From contig CAWKDB010000010.1 of NCBI GenBank assembly GCA_963848295.1, forward strand, positions 3,680,001 to 3,744,000: a DNA stretch of 64,000 nt. Direction: 5' to 3'. The DNA is from an uncultured delta proteobacterium (GTDB lineage Bacteria > Myxococcota_A > Polyangia > Haliangiales > Haliangiaceae). Position 1 is the stretch's first letter. Every line of letters begins with the position of its first letter. Under the pieces are notes generated by a model. It saw nothing but the letters and a program-made list of their open reading frames with translations, had not been told where the DNA came from and searched no databases. This document shows, piece by piece, positions 54,149 through 64,000 of the stretch. The position numbers and the translations under genes are program-made.

Positions 54149-55120
54149 TTGTCGAAGCGGCGCGTCCTCGCCATCTCCAACGACCTCGACCAACTCCGGC
54201 GCATCGTCGCGACGCTCGAGCGCGCCGGCGCCGAGGTCGATGCCGTGCGTAGTCCGGAGGCGATCAGCGCTGACGTCATTCCGCACCGCTACATTTTTTG
54301 CACCGCCTCGGGCGGCGAGGCGACATCGCTCGGTGGGCTCGTGCCGAAGCTGCGCGATCGCGCTCACGTCACGATCGTAACGCCCGAGGCATCGTTGAGC
54401 GATCTGACGTCGTACCTGCACGACGATCGCGTCAATCACGTCGTCGTCGGCGACGATCTCGAAGAGGGAGTGTTCGTCACCGCGCAAAAGCTGTTGACCG
54501 GCGACATCTTCGGGATCGAAAAATATCTGCCCGAGGGCACGCCGGTGCACTACGCGCGCTTGCGCGACTTCGAAGGCCGCGGTCGTGCGATCCAGACCGT
54601 CCTGGACTTCGCCGAACAACAGAAGATGCGCCGGCAAGTGCGCAGCGCGATCGGGTCGGTCGCAGAAGAGCTGTTGATGAACGCGCTGTACGACGCGCCG
54701 GTCGATGCCAACGGCAAGTCGGTGTTCGCCGATATCGATCCGCACGACCGCACGACGACGCGCTCGCCGCGCCCGGTGTCGATCCGCTACGCCGCGAGTG
54801 AGGACCTGTTCGCGATCGCCGTACGCGATCGGTTCGGTCGGCTCGCGAAGAATACGATCCTCGCGTACATCGAGAAGTGCATCACGGCGCCGGATCAGAT
54901 CGATCGCAAGACCTACGGCGCCGGCCTGGGGATCTATCTCGTCGCGAACGCAGCGGCGTCGTACGTCGTCAACGTCGCGTACGGCATCGCGACCGAGGTC
55001 GTGTGCACGTTCGATCGCGGCGCGAAGACGCCGCTGCGGCTCGTCGGTATGTTCGTGCATCCCGGCGGCGCCGAGCAACTCAAGCAGGGGCCGACCCCCG
55101 AGGCGCAGGCCGGTGGTTGA
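54149..55120 (+). CDS. Degenerate receiver-like domain + HATPase (anti-sigma/RsbW-like) protein
   Basis: EELLMNALYDAP (N box), VRDRFG (G1), GAGLGIY (G2). Confidence 0.7.
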   Translation: MSKRRVLAISNDLDQLRRIVATLERAGAEVDAVRSPEAISADVIPHRYIFCTASGGEATSLGGLVPKLRDRAHVTIVTPEASLSDLTSYLHDDRVNHVVVGDDLEEGVFVTAQKLLTGDIFGIEKYLPEGTPVHYARLRDFEGRGRAIQTVLDFAEQQKMRRQVRSAIGSVAEELLMNALYDAPVDANGKSVFADIDPHDRTTTRSPRPVSIRYAASEDLFAIAVRDRFGRLAKNTILAYIEKCITAPDQIDRKTYGAGLGIYLVANAAASYVVNVAYGIATEVVCTFDRGAKTPLRLVGMFVHPGGAEQLKQGPTPEAQAGG

Positions 55121-58067
55121 GCGCCAGTTCGGACCCTACCGGTTGGTGCGGCAGATCGCCGTCGGCGGAATGGCCGAGATCCATCTCGCGAAGACCAAAG
55201 GCATCGCCGGATTCGAGAAGTACGTCGCGCTCAAGATGATCCATCCGAACTTCGCCGAAGACGAGCAGTTCATACAGATGCTCATCGACGAGGCGAAGAT
55301 CGCGGTCCAGCTCAACCACGGCAACATCGCGCAGACGTTCGACCTCGGACGCGTCGGCGACACGTTCTACATCACGATGGAGTACGTCGACGGTTCGGAT
55401 CTCTACAAGATCCTCCGCCAGGGCTCCGAGCTCGAGATCGTATTTCCGCTCGACGTCTGTGCGTTCATCGCGAAGGAGGTCGCGTCCGCGCTCGACCATG
55501 CACATCGCAAGCGCGACCACGTCGGCAAGTCGCTCGGCATCGTCCATCGCGATGTCTCGCCGCAGAACGTGCTGCTGTCGTACGCGGGCGAGGTCAAGCT
55601 CGTCGACTTCGGCATCGCGAAAGCGACGATGAAGGCGCGCCAGACCGCGGCCGGCGTGATCAAGGGCAAGTACTACTACATGAGCCCGGAGCAGGCCTGG
55701 GGCGATCCGATCGATCCGCGCTCCGACATCTTCTCGGCGGGCATCGTGCTCTACGAGATGATCACCGGGCAGATGCTCTACCTCGAAGAGGATCTGAACA
55801 AGCTGCTCGATATGGCGCGCCGTGCCGACATCGCGCCGCCGACGACGTTGCGCCCGGAGCTACCGGCGCAACTCGAGAAGATCGTCATGCGTGCGCTCGC
55901 GAAGCTGCCGAGCGATCGCTATCAGTATGCCGCGGACTTCGCGACCGACCTCGAGCGGTTCTTGCACGCGTATTCGCCGCAGTTCACGACGAACAAGGTC
56001 TCGGGCTTGCTCAAGCAAGTGATCGGCTTGCCACACGCGCTGCCCGATGCCGGCGAAGTCGAGCGCGAAGGCATCGAACCGACGCTGACGTTGTCGGTCG
56101 ACGATCTGATCCATACCAAGGACGAGCTCCACGACGAGAACAGCGTGATCTTCCGCGTCGCCGATCTCAAGGGTGCGCCGCCGGCGGCCAAGCCTGCGAT
56201 CGCGCCGCGGCCCGTCGTCGGCAAGATCCCATCGATCCAACCGCGTCGCCAGCCGGCGCCGTCGCCGGCGGCGGGCTCGCCCTCACCGCCGCTCGCCAAG
56301 CCCCCAGCGCCGCAGCCACCGGCCGTGACCGCACCGCCAGCCCGCGCTTCGACCCGGCCGCGGATGGCACACGAACCGACGCGCGAGCTCGGCCAAGCTC
56401 CGCCACCGCCGGGCCCGCCTCAAGAGGATAGCGGGTTGCTCGCGCCGCCGCCGCGGCGTCCGGCGCCGACGCCCCCGAAAGCCGCGCCCGTTGCCGCTCC
56501 CCCGCCCGCGCGGCCCTGGGAACGCGATTCCGCGGAGGCGCTCGCCGCCGACGACCATGACACCGATGACCTCGCGAACATCGGCGAGCGCACGATGATC
56601 ACGGGCGCACCGACGATGGGCATCGGCGGTTTCATGATGGACGTCGCGACCGAAGACGGCGTCGACGCGACGATGGTGACCGGTGCACCGCGACCAGACG
56701 ACGAGGCGTTCATCGCGGCAGCCGAAGCCGACGACGACGATGGCAGCGACGGCGAGACCGTCACGCGCACCCCCGATCCTCGGATCGCTCGCTCGGTCGC
56801 GGCGCGCGGTAACCCGCAACCCGCGGGTGATGACGACGGCCCGACCGAGCAACGCGATTTTCGCGGCTCCGCGAGACCGCGCGTGGATGCGCGCCGAGCA
56901 GCACCGCCGCCCGCTCTCGCAGCGAAGATTCACGCGCCCGCGGTGAGCGAGCTGCGCAAGCCGCGTCCGTCGCGCAAGACGCCCGGTGCCGGCGTGCCAC
57001 AAGCGCCAAACGTGTTGCAACGGATCGTCGGCGCGCAGGCGTCGGAGGCGATGCCCGCGCCGGCGAATCGCGCGACCAAGCTCCAGCACGCGGTCGGCCC
57101 GAACGAAGACTCGAACGCCGGGACGCTGCCGGGTGCGGATCTCGACGTTCCGCGCTACGGCAACGACCCGACCGGGATGCCGCTGACCGCATCGACGCCG
57201 CCGCCGGGAACGCCCGTTCAGCCGATGCCCGGCGTCCCGCCACATCTCCAGCCGTATGCGATGTACCCGCCGCAGCCCCAGGGCTATCCGCCGAATCAGC
57301 AATTCCCGCAGTACCCGCCGGGCCCGCAAAACCCGTACGGGCCGAACCCGTACCCGTCGGCGCAAGGCCTGCCGGGCTACGCCGCGCCGCCGCAACCGAT
57401 CCCGGTGACCCCGGGCGCGCTCTACCCGTTCGCGCCGCAGCAACCCCAAAACCCGATGACGCTCACCGGCCAGCTCCGGCTGTGGGAAGTCGACGAGATC
57501 CCATCGCAGTACAAAGTCTCGGGTAACGGACCGAAGTGGCTGAAGCTCGCCATCGCCGGCGTCGTCGCCGTGTCGGTCGCGGCCGGCGCGACCTACGCGA
57601 TCATCCGTTCGACGCGAGACAGTGGCGTAGCGGTCGACGGCTCGGTCCGCGTCGACTCGGTGCCGAGCGGCGCCTCGGTGCTGTTCGATGGCGAGCGCCT
57701 GACGAAACCGACGCCCGTCACGATCGATCACGTGATGCTCGGCACGCGGCACGAGGTCAAGGTCGAGCTTGCCCACCACCGGCTGTATACCGAGACCGTC
57801 GATATCCCGAGCGTCGGCGGCACGATCGAGCTCACCGCGGTGTTGAAGCCGATCACCGGGACCCTCGTGGTTCACTCGACGCCTCCCGGCGCGGAGATCC
57901 GGCTCAACGGCGAAGTCCGTGGGCGAGCGCCGACGACACTCTCCGACATCGACATGGACTCGGTCAGGATGATCGAGCTGCGCTTGCAGGGGTATCAGCC
58001 CTACATACAGAAGCTCGAGTGGCCGCCGTCCGGCGAGCTTGTCGTCGACCCGAAGCTCGCGCGCTAA
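55113..58067 (+). CDS. Transmembrane Ser/Thr kinase with Pro-rich linker and two PEGA domains
   Basis: GGMAE, VALK, HRDVSPQN, DFG, YMSPE; TM helix; DSVPSGASV and HSTPPGAEI PEGA repeats. Confidence 0.92.
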   Translation: MVERQFGPYRLVRQIAVGGMAEIHLAKTKGIAGFEKYVALKMIHPNFAEDEQFIQMLIDEAKIAVQLNHGNIAQTFDLGRVGDTFYITMEYVDGSDLYKILRQGSELEIVFPLDVCAFIAKEVASALDHAHRKRDHVGKSLGIVHRDVSPQNVLLSYAGEVKLVDFGIAKATMKARQTAAGVIKGKYYYMSPEQAWGDPIDPRSDIFSAGIVLYEMITGQMLYLEEDLNKLLDMARRADIAPPTTLRPELPAQLEKIVMRALAKLPSDRYQYAADFATDLERFLHAYSPQFTTNKVSGLLKQVIGLPHALPDAGEVEREGIEPTLTLSVDDLIHTKDELHDENSVIFRVADLKGAPPAAKPAIAPRPVVGKIPSIQPRRQPAPSPAAGSPSPPLAKPPAPQPPAVTAPPARASTRPRMAHEPTRELGQAPPPPGPPQEDSGLLAPPPRRPAPTPPKAAPVAAPPPARPWERDSAEALAADDHDTDDLANIGERTMITGAPTMGIGGFMMDVATEDGVDATMVTGAPRPDDEAFIAAAEADDDDGSDGETVTRTPDPRIARSVAARGNPQPAGDDDGPTEQRDFRGSARPRVDARRAAPPPALAAKIHAPAVSELRKPRPSRKTPGAGVPQAPNVLQRIVGAQASEAMPAPANRATKLQHAVGPNEDSNAGTLPGADLDVPRYGNDPTGMPLTASTPPPGTPVQPMPGVPPHLQPYAMYPPQPQGYPPNQQFPQYPPGPQNPYGPNPYPSAQGLPGYAAPPQPIPVTPGALYPFAPQQPQNPMTLTGQLRLWEVDEIPSQYKVSGNGPKWLKLAIAGVVAVSVAAGATYAIIRSTRDSGVAVDGSVRVDSVPSGASVLFDGERLTKPTPVTIDHVMLGTRHEVKVELAHHRLYTETVDIPSVGGTIELTAVLKPITGTLVVHSTPPGAEIRLNGEVRGRAPTTLSDIDMDSVRMIELRLQGYQPYIQKLEWPPSGELVVDPKLAR

Positions 58068-58092
58068 CCGTCGGTCGGCGTATGATCCGACT

Positions 58093-59511
58093 ATGGTCTT
58101 TCGCGTCCTCGTCGTAGCGCTCGCGATCATCGGCTGCGGTCATCACGGCAACGACGTCGATCTCGACGCGCCACTCGCGCCCGACGCGCAGACCTGCTCC
58201 GGTCTCGAGTGCTTTCAGTACGACTGCTCGATCAAGGCCGAGCCGCCGACCACCGTGTCCGGAACGGTGTACGCGCCGAATGGAACGCTGCCGCTCTACG
58301 GTGTGAACGTCTACGTGCCCGTCCAGGATCCCGGTCCGTTCTCGGGCCACGTCGATTGCGATCGGTGCTCCGACGGCTTGGCCGGCGGGTTCTATGCGTC
58401 GACGCAGACCGACGAGATGGGGCACTTCTCGCTGCAAAACGTGCCGGCGACGTCGAACGTCCCGCTCGTCATTCAGGTCGGCAAGTGGCGGCGTCAGCTC
58501 GTGCTGCCGAACGTCGCGGCCTGCCAAGACACGCCGCTCGGGGTGACCGATACGACGTTGCCGAAGAGCCGCACCGACATGACGCCGAACACGAAGAGCG
58601 TCGATCTGCCATACATCGCGATCACGACCGGCGACGCCGACGCGCTCGAGTGCCTGCCGCTCAAGCTCGGTGTCGATCCGAGCGAGATCACGAACAGCAC
58701 CGATGGCGGACACGTCCAGCTGTTCCAGAACTACGGTGGCGGCGGCACCAAGGGCACCGGCTCGTTCATCGCCAATTGGCCGGGCGGCAACGCGACGACG
58801 TTCACCGACGCGCAGGCGTTGTGGGGTACGACCGACGCGCTCAACCCCTACGACATCGTGATCTTCTCGTGCGAAGGCGATCAAGAAGCGGCGAGCAAGC
58901 CGCAGGCCGCGCTGCAGGCGGTGCACGACTACGCCGGCATCGGCGGTCGCGTGTTCATGTCGCACTGGCAGAACATCTGGATCTCCGGCGAGAAAGGCAA
59001 CCTCGTGAATCACGGCCTACCCGACTGGCAGGCGGTCGCGACGTTCGACCTTGGCGCGGCGAACCCGAACCCCGATACGTTGACCGCGACGATCGATGTC
59101 GCGTCGAACCCGATCGGCGCATCGTTCGTGAAGTGGATGCTCTACGTCGGAGCGTCGCTGATGGCGACGCCGAACGAGTTCGAGGTCGATGGCGCGCGCG
59201 ACACGTGCACCGCAGCCGATACGTCGCTCGCCGAGCAGTGGGTGTATCTAGATCCGGCGACATCGCCGAACATCACGAGCTCGCAGATGTTCCAGTTCAC
59301 GACGCCGCAAGCCATGCCGCCCGACCAACGCTGCGGCAAGGTCGTGTTCTCCGACATGCACGTGTCGAACGACTCGAAGTCCGCACCGAACAAGCCCTAT
59401 CCGAGCGGGTGCGCGAAGGACGCGAACGGCAACTACGTGTTGTCGGCGCAAGAGAAGGCCCTGGCGTTCATGTTCTTCAACATCGCGTCCTGCGTGACCT
59501 CGATCGAGTAA
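58093..59511 (+). CDS. Lipoprotein with carboxypeptidase-regulatory-like domain
   Basis: Lipobox IIGC; TVSGTVYAPNG...TDEMGHFSL...GKWRR; QEKALAFMFF C-terminus. Confidence 0.7.
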   Translation: MVFRVLVVALAIIGCGHHGNDVDLDAPLAPDAQTCSGLECFQYDCSIKAEPPTTVSGTVYAPNGTLPLYGVNVYVPVQDPGPFSGHVDCDRCSDGLAGGFYASTQTDEMGHFSLQNVPATSNVPLVIQVGKWRRQLVLPNVAACQDTPLGVTDTTLPKSRTDMTPNTKSVDLPYIAITTGDADALECLPLKLGVDPSEITNSTDGGHVQLFQNYGGGGTKGTGSFIANWPGGNATTFTDAQALWGTTDALNPYDIVIFSCEGDQEAASKPQAALQAVHDYAGIGGRVFMSHWQNIWISGEKGNLVNHGLPDWQAVATFDLGAANPNPDTLTATIDVASNPIGASFVKWMLYVGASLMATPNEFEVDGARDTCTAADTSLAEQWVYLDPATSPNITSSQMFQFTTPQAMPPDQRCGKVVFSDMHVSNDSKSAPNKPYPSGCAKDANGNYVLSAQEKALAFMFFNIASCVTSIE

Positions 59512-59562
59512 CGCTCCGGAGCGCCTCGATCTTGTAACGCGCCGCTGCTAGTGTGCGCGGCC

Positions 59563-59976
59563 ATGGTGCAAGCAGCAGCCAGGCAGCCCGCGATGGGCGA
59601 GATCACGACTCTCCTCGGACGCGGAACGAGCTTCGAAGGCAAGCTCACCTTCGAAGGAACGGTCCGCATCGACGGTAAGTTCAAGGGCGAAGTGTTCTCC
59701 GACGACGTGCTCGTCATCGGAGAGGGCGCGTTGGTCGAGGCCGAGATCGACATCGGCGAGATCATCATCCAGGGCACCGTCGTCGGTAACGTCAAGGCGA
59801 AGCGCTCGATCGAGATCCACGCGCCCGGCCGCGTGAAGGGCGACCTCAACACGCCGTCGCTGCAGATCGACAAGGGCGTGGTGTTCGAAGGCCGCTCGTT
59901 CATGGAAGCGGCGACCGGCACGCCGAAGCCGCAGCCGCAGCCGCCTCGCGCTCCGACGCCCGCCCCGATCAAGTAG
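59563..59976 (+). CDS. Bactofilin (polymer-forming cytoskeletal protein)
   Basis: TLLGRGTSFEGKLTFEGTVRIDG...IDKGVVFEGRSFM. Confidence 0.92.
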   Translation: MVQAAARQPAMGEITTLLGRGTSFEGKLTFEGTVRIDGKFKGEVFSDDVLVIGEGALVEAEIDIGEIIIQGTVVGNVKAKRSIEIHAPGRVKGDLNTPSLQIDKGVVFEGRSFMEAATGTPKPQPQPPRAPTPAPIK

Positions 59977-60023
59977 CGGCGAAACGTCGCAGCACCCCCG
60001 AGGAAACCTGGGGCATCGCATGG

Positions 60024-60053
60024 TTGACAGCCCGCGCGCGCCGAGACTATATA
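60024..60053 (+). promoter_or_regulatory. Sigma70-type promoter of the atp operon
   Basis: TTGACA-18 nt-TATATA. Confidence 0.65.
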
Positions 60054-60090
60054 CGGCGCGCTAATGGCCCAGGAATCTCGATAGGTTGCC

Positions 60091-60558
60091 ATGCAAACAG
60101 CCACCGCCGTTCTCGCTGCCGCGCATCCGTTGATCGACATCGACGCGACGGTCTTTGTCCAGTTCGCGCTGTTCCTGCTGCTGTTCTGGGCCTCGAACGC
60201 GTTTCTGTTCCAGCCATATCTAGCGTTGCGCGAGCGGCGCAAGGCCGGGATGGAGGGTGCGCGCGCTGAAGCCGATCGGATGACCGCATCGGCCGACGCG
60301 AAGCTCGCCGACTATGACAAGCAGCTGACCGCCGCGCGCGGTCGGGCAAACGATGAAGGCCGCAAGGTCCGCGCCGAAGCCGCCGCGCACGAGAAGCAGG
60401 TCACCGACGCGGCGCGCGCCGAGACCCAGAAGATTGTCGACGAAGCGTCCGCGCGGATGAAGATGGAGACCGAGGCGGCACGCATGCAGCTGCTCCCCCA
60501 GGCGAACGCGCTCGCGAGACAGATCGCGAGCCGGCTGCTCGACCGGGAGGTCTCGTGA
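60091..60558 (+). CDS. ATP synthase F0 subunit b'
   Basis: DIDATVFVQFALF...LFQPYLALRERR followed by a coiled coil. Confidence 0.85.
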   Translation: MQTATAVLAAAHPLIDIDATVFVQFALFLLLFWASNAFLFQPYLALRERRKAGMEGARAEADRMTASADAKLADYDKQLTAARGRANDEGRKVRAEAAAHEKQVTDAARAETQKIVDEASARMKMETEAARMQLLPQANALARQIASRLLDREVS

Positions 60559-61304
60559 TGATCTCGAAGCGATTCGTCGTCGCGGCGGCGCTGGTGTTCG
60601 GCGGCGTCGCTCACGCCGATGACCGGTCGGATGCCGAGCGCAAGCGCGAGGATGCGGAGATCGGCCACGTCGACGAGACGCCGGAGGATCCGTCGGCGCA
60701 CTTCAACATGTTCGGCGTCCACTACCGCGGCAAGGACGAGTACGGCGGCGAGTTCGGCGACGGCAAGATGGTCGACGAGAACACCGGCAAGACCGAACCG
60801 GGCGAGGAGCCGATGTCTCCGCCGTTCGTGTTCATGCTGATCAACTTCGCGCTGCTGCTGTTCGTGCTCGGCAAGTACGGCAGCCCGGCCGCGCGCAAGC
60901 TCGCGCAAGAGCGTCACGACCAGATCAAGACGTCACTCGACGACGCCGCAAAGTTGCGCGACGCCGCGAAGGCCAAGCTCGCGGAGTACGAGTCGCGGAT
61001 CGCGGGCCTGGATGCCGAGATCAAGCTTATCGTCGACGATATTCGCGCCAGCGCCGAAGCGGACAAGGCGAGGATCCTCGCGGCTGCCAAGGCGCAGGCT
61101 GAAGCGCTGAAGAAGGACTCCGAGCTACGCATCGCCGCGGAGATCTTGACCGCGCGCGCCGAGTTGACCCGCGAAGTCACGGTGGCAGCAGCGGTCGCGA
61201 CCGAGAAGCTGCTGCGCGACAAGGTAACTGCCGACGACCAGAGCAAGTTGGTCGGGACGTTCATCGCCGGCGTCGCGCCGACGTCCGCGAAGGAGGCTCG
61301 CTAA
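60555..61304 (+). CDS. atpF: ATP synthase F0 subunit b
   Basis: LINFALLLFVL TM, coiled coil, DDQSKLV. Confidence 0.88.
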   Translation: MMISKRFVVAAALVFGGVAHADDRSDAERKREDAEIGHVDETPEDPSAHFNMFGVHYRGKDEYGGEFGDGKMVDENTGKTEPGEEPMSPPFVFMLINFALLLFVLGKYGSPAARKLAQERHDQIKTSLDDAAKLRDAAKAKLAEYESRIAGLDAEIKLIVDDIRASAEADKARILAAAKAQAEALKKDSELRIAAEILTARAELTREVTVAAAVATEKLLRDKVTADDQSKLVGTFIAGVAPTSAKEAR

Positions 61305-61305
61305 C

Positions 61306-61845
61306 ATGCCGAGCGGAAGCCTCGCGAGGCGCTACGCGAAAGCGATCGTCGAGATCGGGATCGCACAGGGTAACCTCGACAAGATCGGTGGCGACCTGCG
61401 CTCGCTCGCGAAGGCGATGCACGACTCGGTCGAGCTCGTCACGCTGCTGAGCAATCCGGCGATTCGCCGCAACGATCGCCGCAAGGTGGTCGACGCGCTG
61501 CTCGGCAAGATCGGCGCGCAGCCAGTCACGACGAACATCGTGTCGCTGCTGCTCGACAAGGAGCGGCTGTCTTCGCTGCCGATGATCTCGCGCGAGATCG
61601 ACGCGGCGATCGAAGCGAAGGCCGGTCGTATCGCCGCCGAGCTCGTGTCGGCCAAGCCACTCGATCCGGCACAGCTGTCGAAGATCACGGCGGCGCTCGA
61701 GAAGCTCTCCGGTAAGAAGGTCACCATGCAGAAACGCGAAGACGCCGCGCTTCTCGGCGGGGTCGTCGCGAAGGTCGGCGACATCGTGTACGACGGAAGT
61801 TTGCGCACTCAGCTCGCCGCCCTGTGCGAAGAGCTCACCAAGTAG
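61306..61845 (+). CDS. atpH: ATP synthase F1 subunit delta
   Basis: [28 protein letters not shown]. Confidence 0.95.
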   Translation: MPSGSLARRYAKAIVEIGIAQGNLDKIGGDLRSLAKAMHDSVELVTLLSNPAIRRNDRRKVVDALLGKIGAQPVTTNIVSLLLDKERLSSLPMISREIDAAIEAKAGRIAAELVSAKPLDPAQLSKITAALEKLSGKKVTMQKREDAALLGGVVAKVGDIVYDGSLRTQLAALCEELTK

Positions 61846-61853
61846 AGGCCACC

Positions 61854-63395
<1,542 letters not shown>

Positions 63396-63401
63396 CGAGC
63401 C

Positions 63402-64000
63402 ATGGCGAACCTCAAGGCGATCCGCAAGCGCATTGTCAGCGTCAAGAACACGCGCAAGATCACGCGTGCGATGAAGCTGGTGGCGGCGGCCAAGCTGCGC
63501 CGCGCGCAAGACACGATCATCGCGGCTCGCCCGTACTCGCAAGCGATCTCGACGGTGGTGTCAGAGCTGTCGGCGGTCGCCGGCAAGGACGCGCACCCGC
63601 TGTTCGAGGAGCGCGAGGCCAAGCGCGTCGCGATCGTCGTGATCACGGCCGATCGCGGCCTCGCCGGTGCGTTCAACTCGAACGTCATCAAGGCGGTCGA
63701 ACGCTACGCCGCGAACGAGCTGTCGACCGCGTCCGAGGTCACGCTGCGGATCATCGGCAAGAAGGCAAACCAGCACTTCGCGCGCCGCAACGCGACCATC
63801 GCGAGCTACGACGCCGCGCCGACGAGCTTGAATGCGCTCGAGGTCGCGCGCACGACCGCGAATCGCGTGATCGCCGACTTCGCACCGCCCGACGAGAACG
63901 CGGCGCCGAAGGTCGATCGCGTCTACCTCGCGTACAACGAGTTCAAGAACGCCGGCACGCAGGTCGTACGGGTCATCCAGATCCTGCCGGTCGTCCCCGA
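63402..64000 (+). CDS. atpG: ATP synthase F1 subunit gamma (partial)
   Basis: Manual translation MANLKAIRKRIVSVKNTRKITRAMKLVAAAK...ITADRGLAGAFN. Confidence 0.96.
   Translation, partial: MANLKAIRKRIVSVKNTRKITRAMKLVAAAKLRRAQDTIIAARPYSQAISTVVSELSAVAGKDAHPLFEEREAKRVAIVVITADRGLAGAFNSNVIKAVERYAANELSTASEVTLRIIGKKANQHFARRNATIASYDAAPTSLNALEVARTTANRVIADFAPPDENAAPKVDRVYLAYNEFKNAGTQVVRVIQILPVVP

Noticed and set aside
59996..60013. Intrinsic terminator after the bactofilin gene
   Set aside because: Short bulged stem with no U-tract.

Overview
A 64 kb, very GC-rich, densely coded chromosomal segment. Gene content points to a myxobacterium (Myxococcota; Kofleriaceae/Haliangiales-like is my inference): an MXAN_5187-type C-terminal domain protein, an FrgA-like MshEN protein, DUF4388/TPR and PEGA kinase proteins, many Cys-rich lipoproteins, and the bactofilin-atpF'FHAG gene order. 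Housekeeping genes are plsC, rpsU-prmA-rsmE, thrC, rseP-tsaB, a LeuA-family synthase, oppDF-like ATPases and part of the ATP synthase operon. Mobile DNA consists of one intact IS1380-family element (CTAG flanks) and a truncated RAYT/HUH transposase. I found no rRNA, tRNA or CRISPR array. The best leads are: (1) a minimal nucleotidyltransferase coupled to an unannotated 49-aa partner (toxin-antitoxin-like); (2) a coupled envelope/signalling cluster of lipoproteins, a TraB-like TSP3/OmpA barrel, a TonB receptor, a HATPase and a PEGA kinase; (3) an M16 peptidase pair plus LolA-like domain plus Lnb-like acyltransferase operon; (4) an orphan DGQHR protein beside a YkgJ Fe-S protein; (5) a pseudokinase-kinase-SRPBCC-DUF5939-pseudocyclase fusion; (6) a PolX without polymerase aspartates; (7) a stand-alone lipoprotein SecD periplasmic domain; and (8) a window-wide pattern of -10-like boxes 6-10 nt before start codons, suggesting leaderless transcription. 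All family calls come from motifs recognised by eye, not from database searches.
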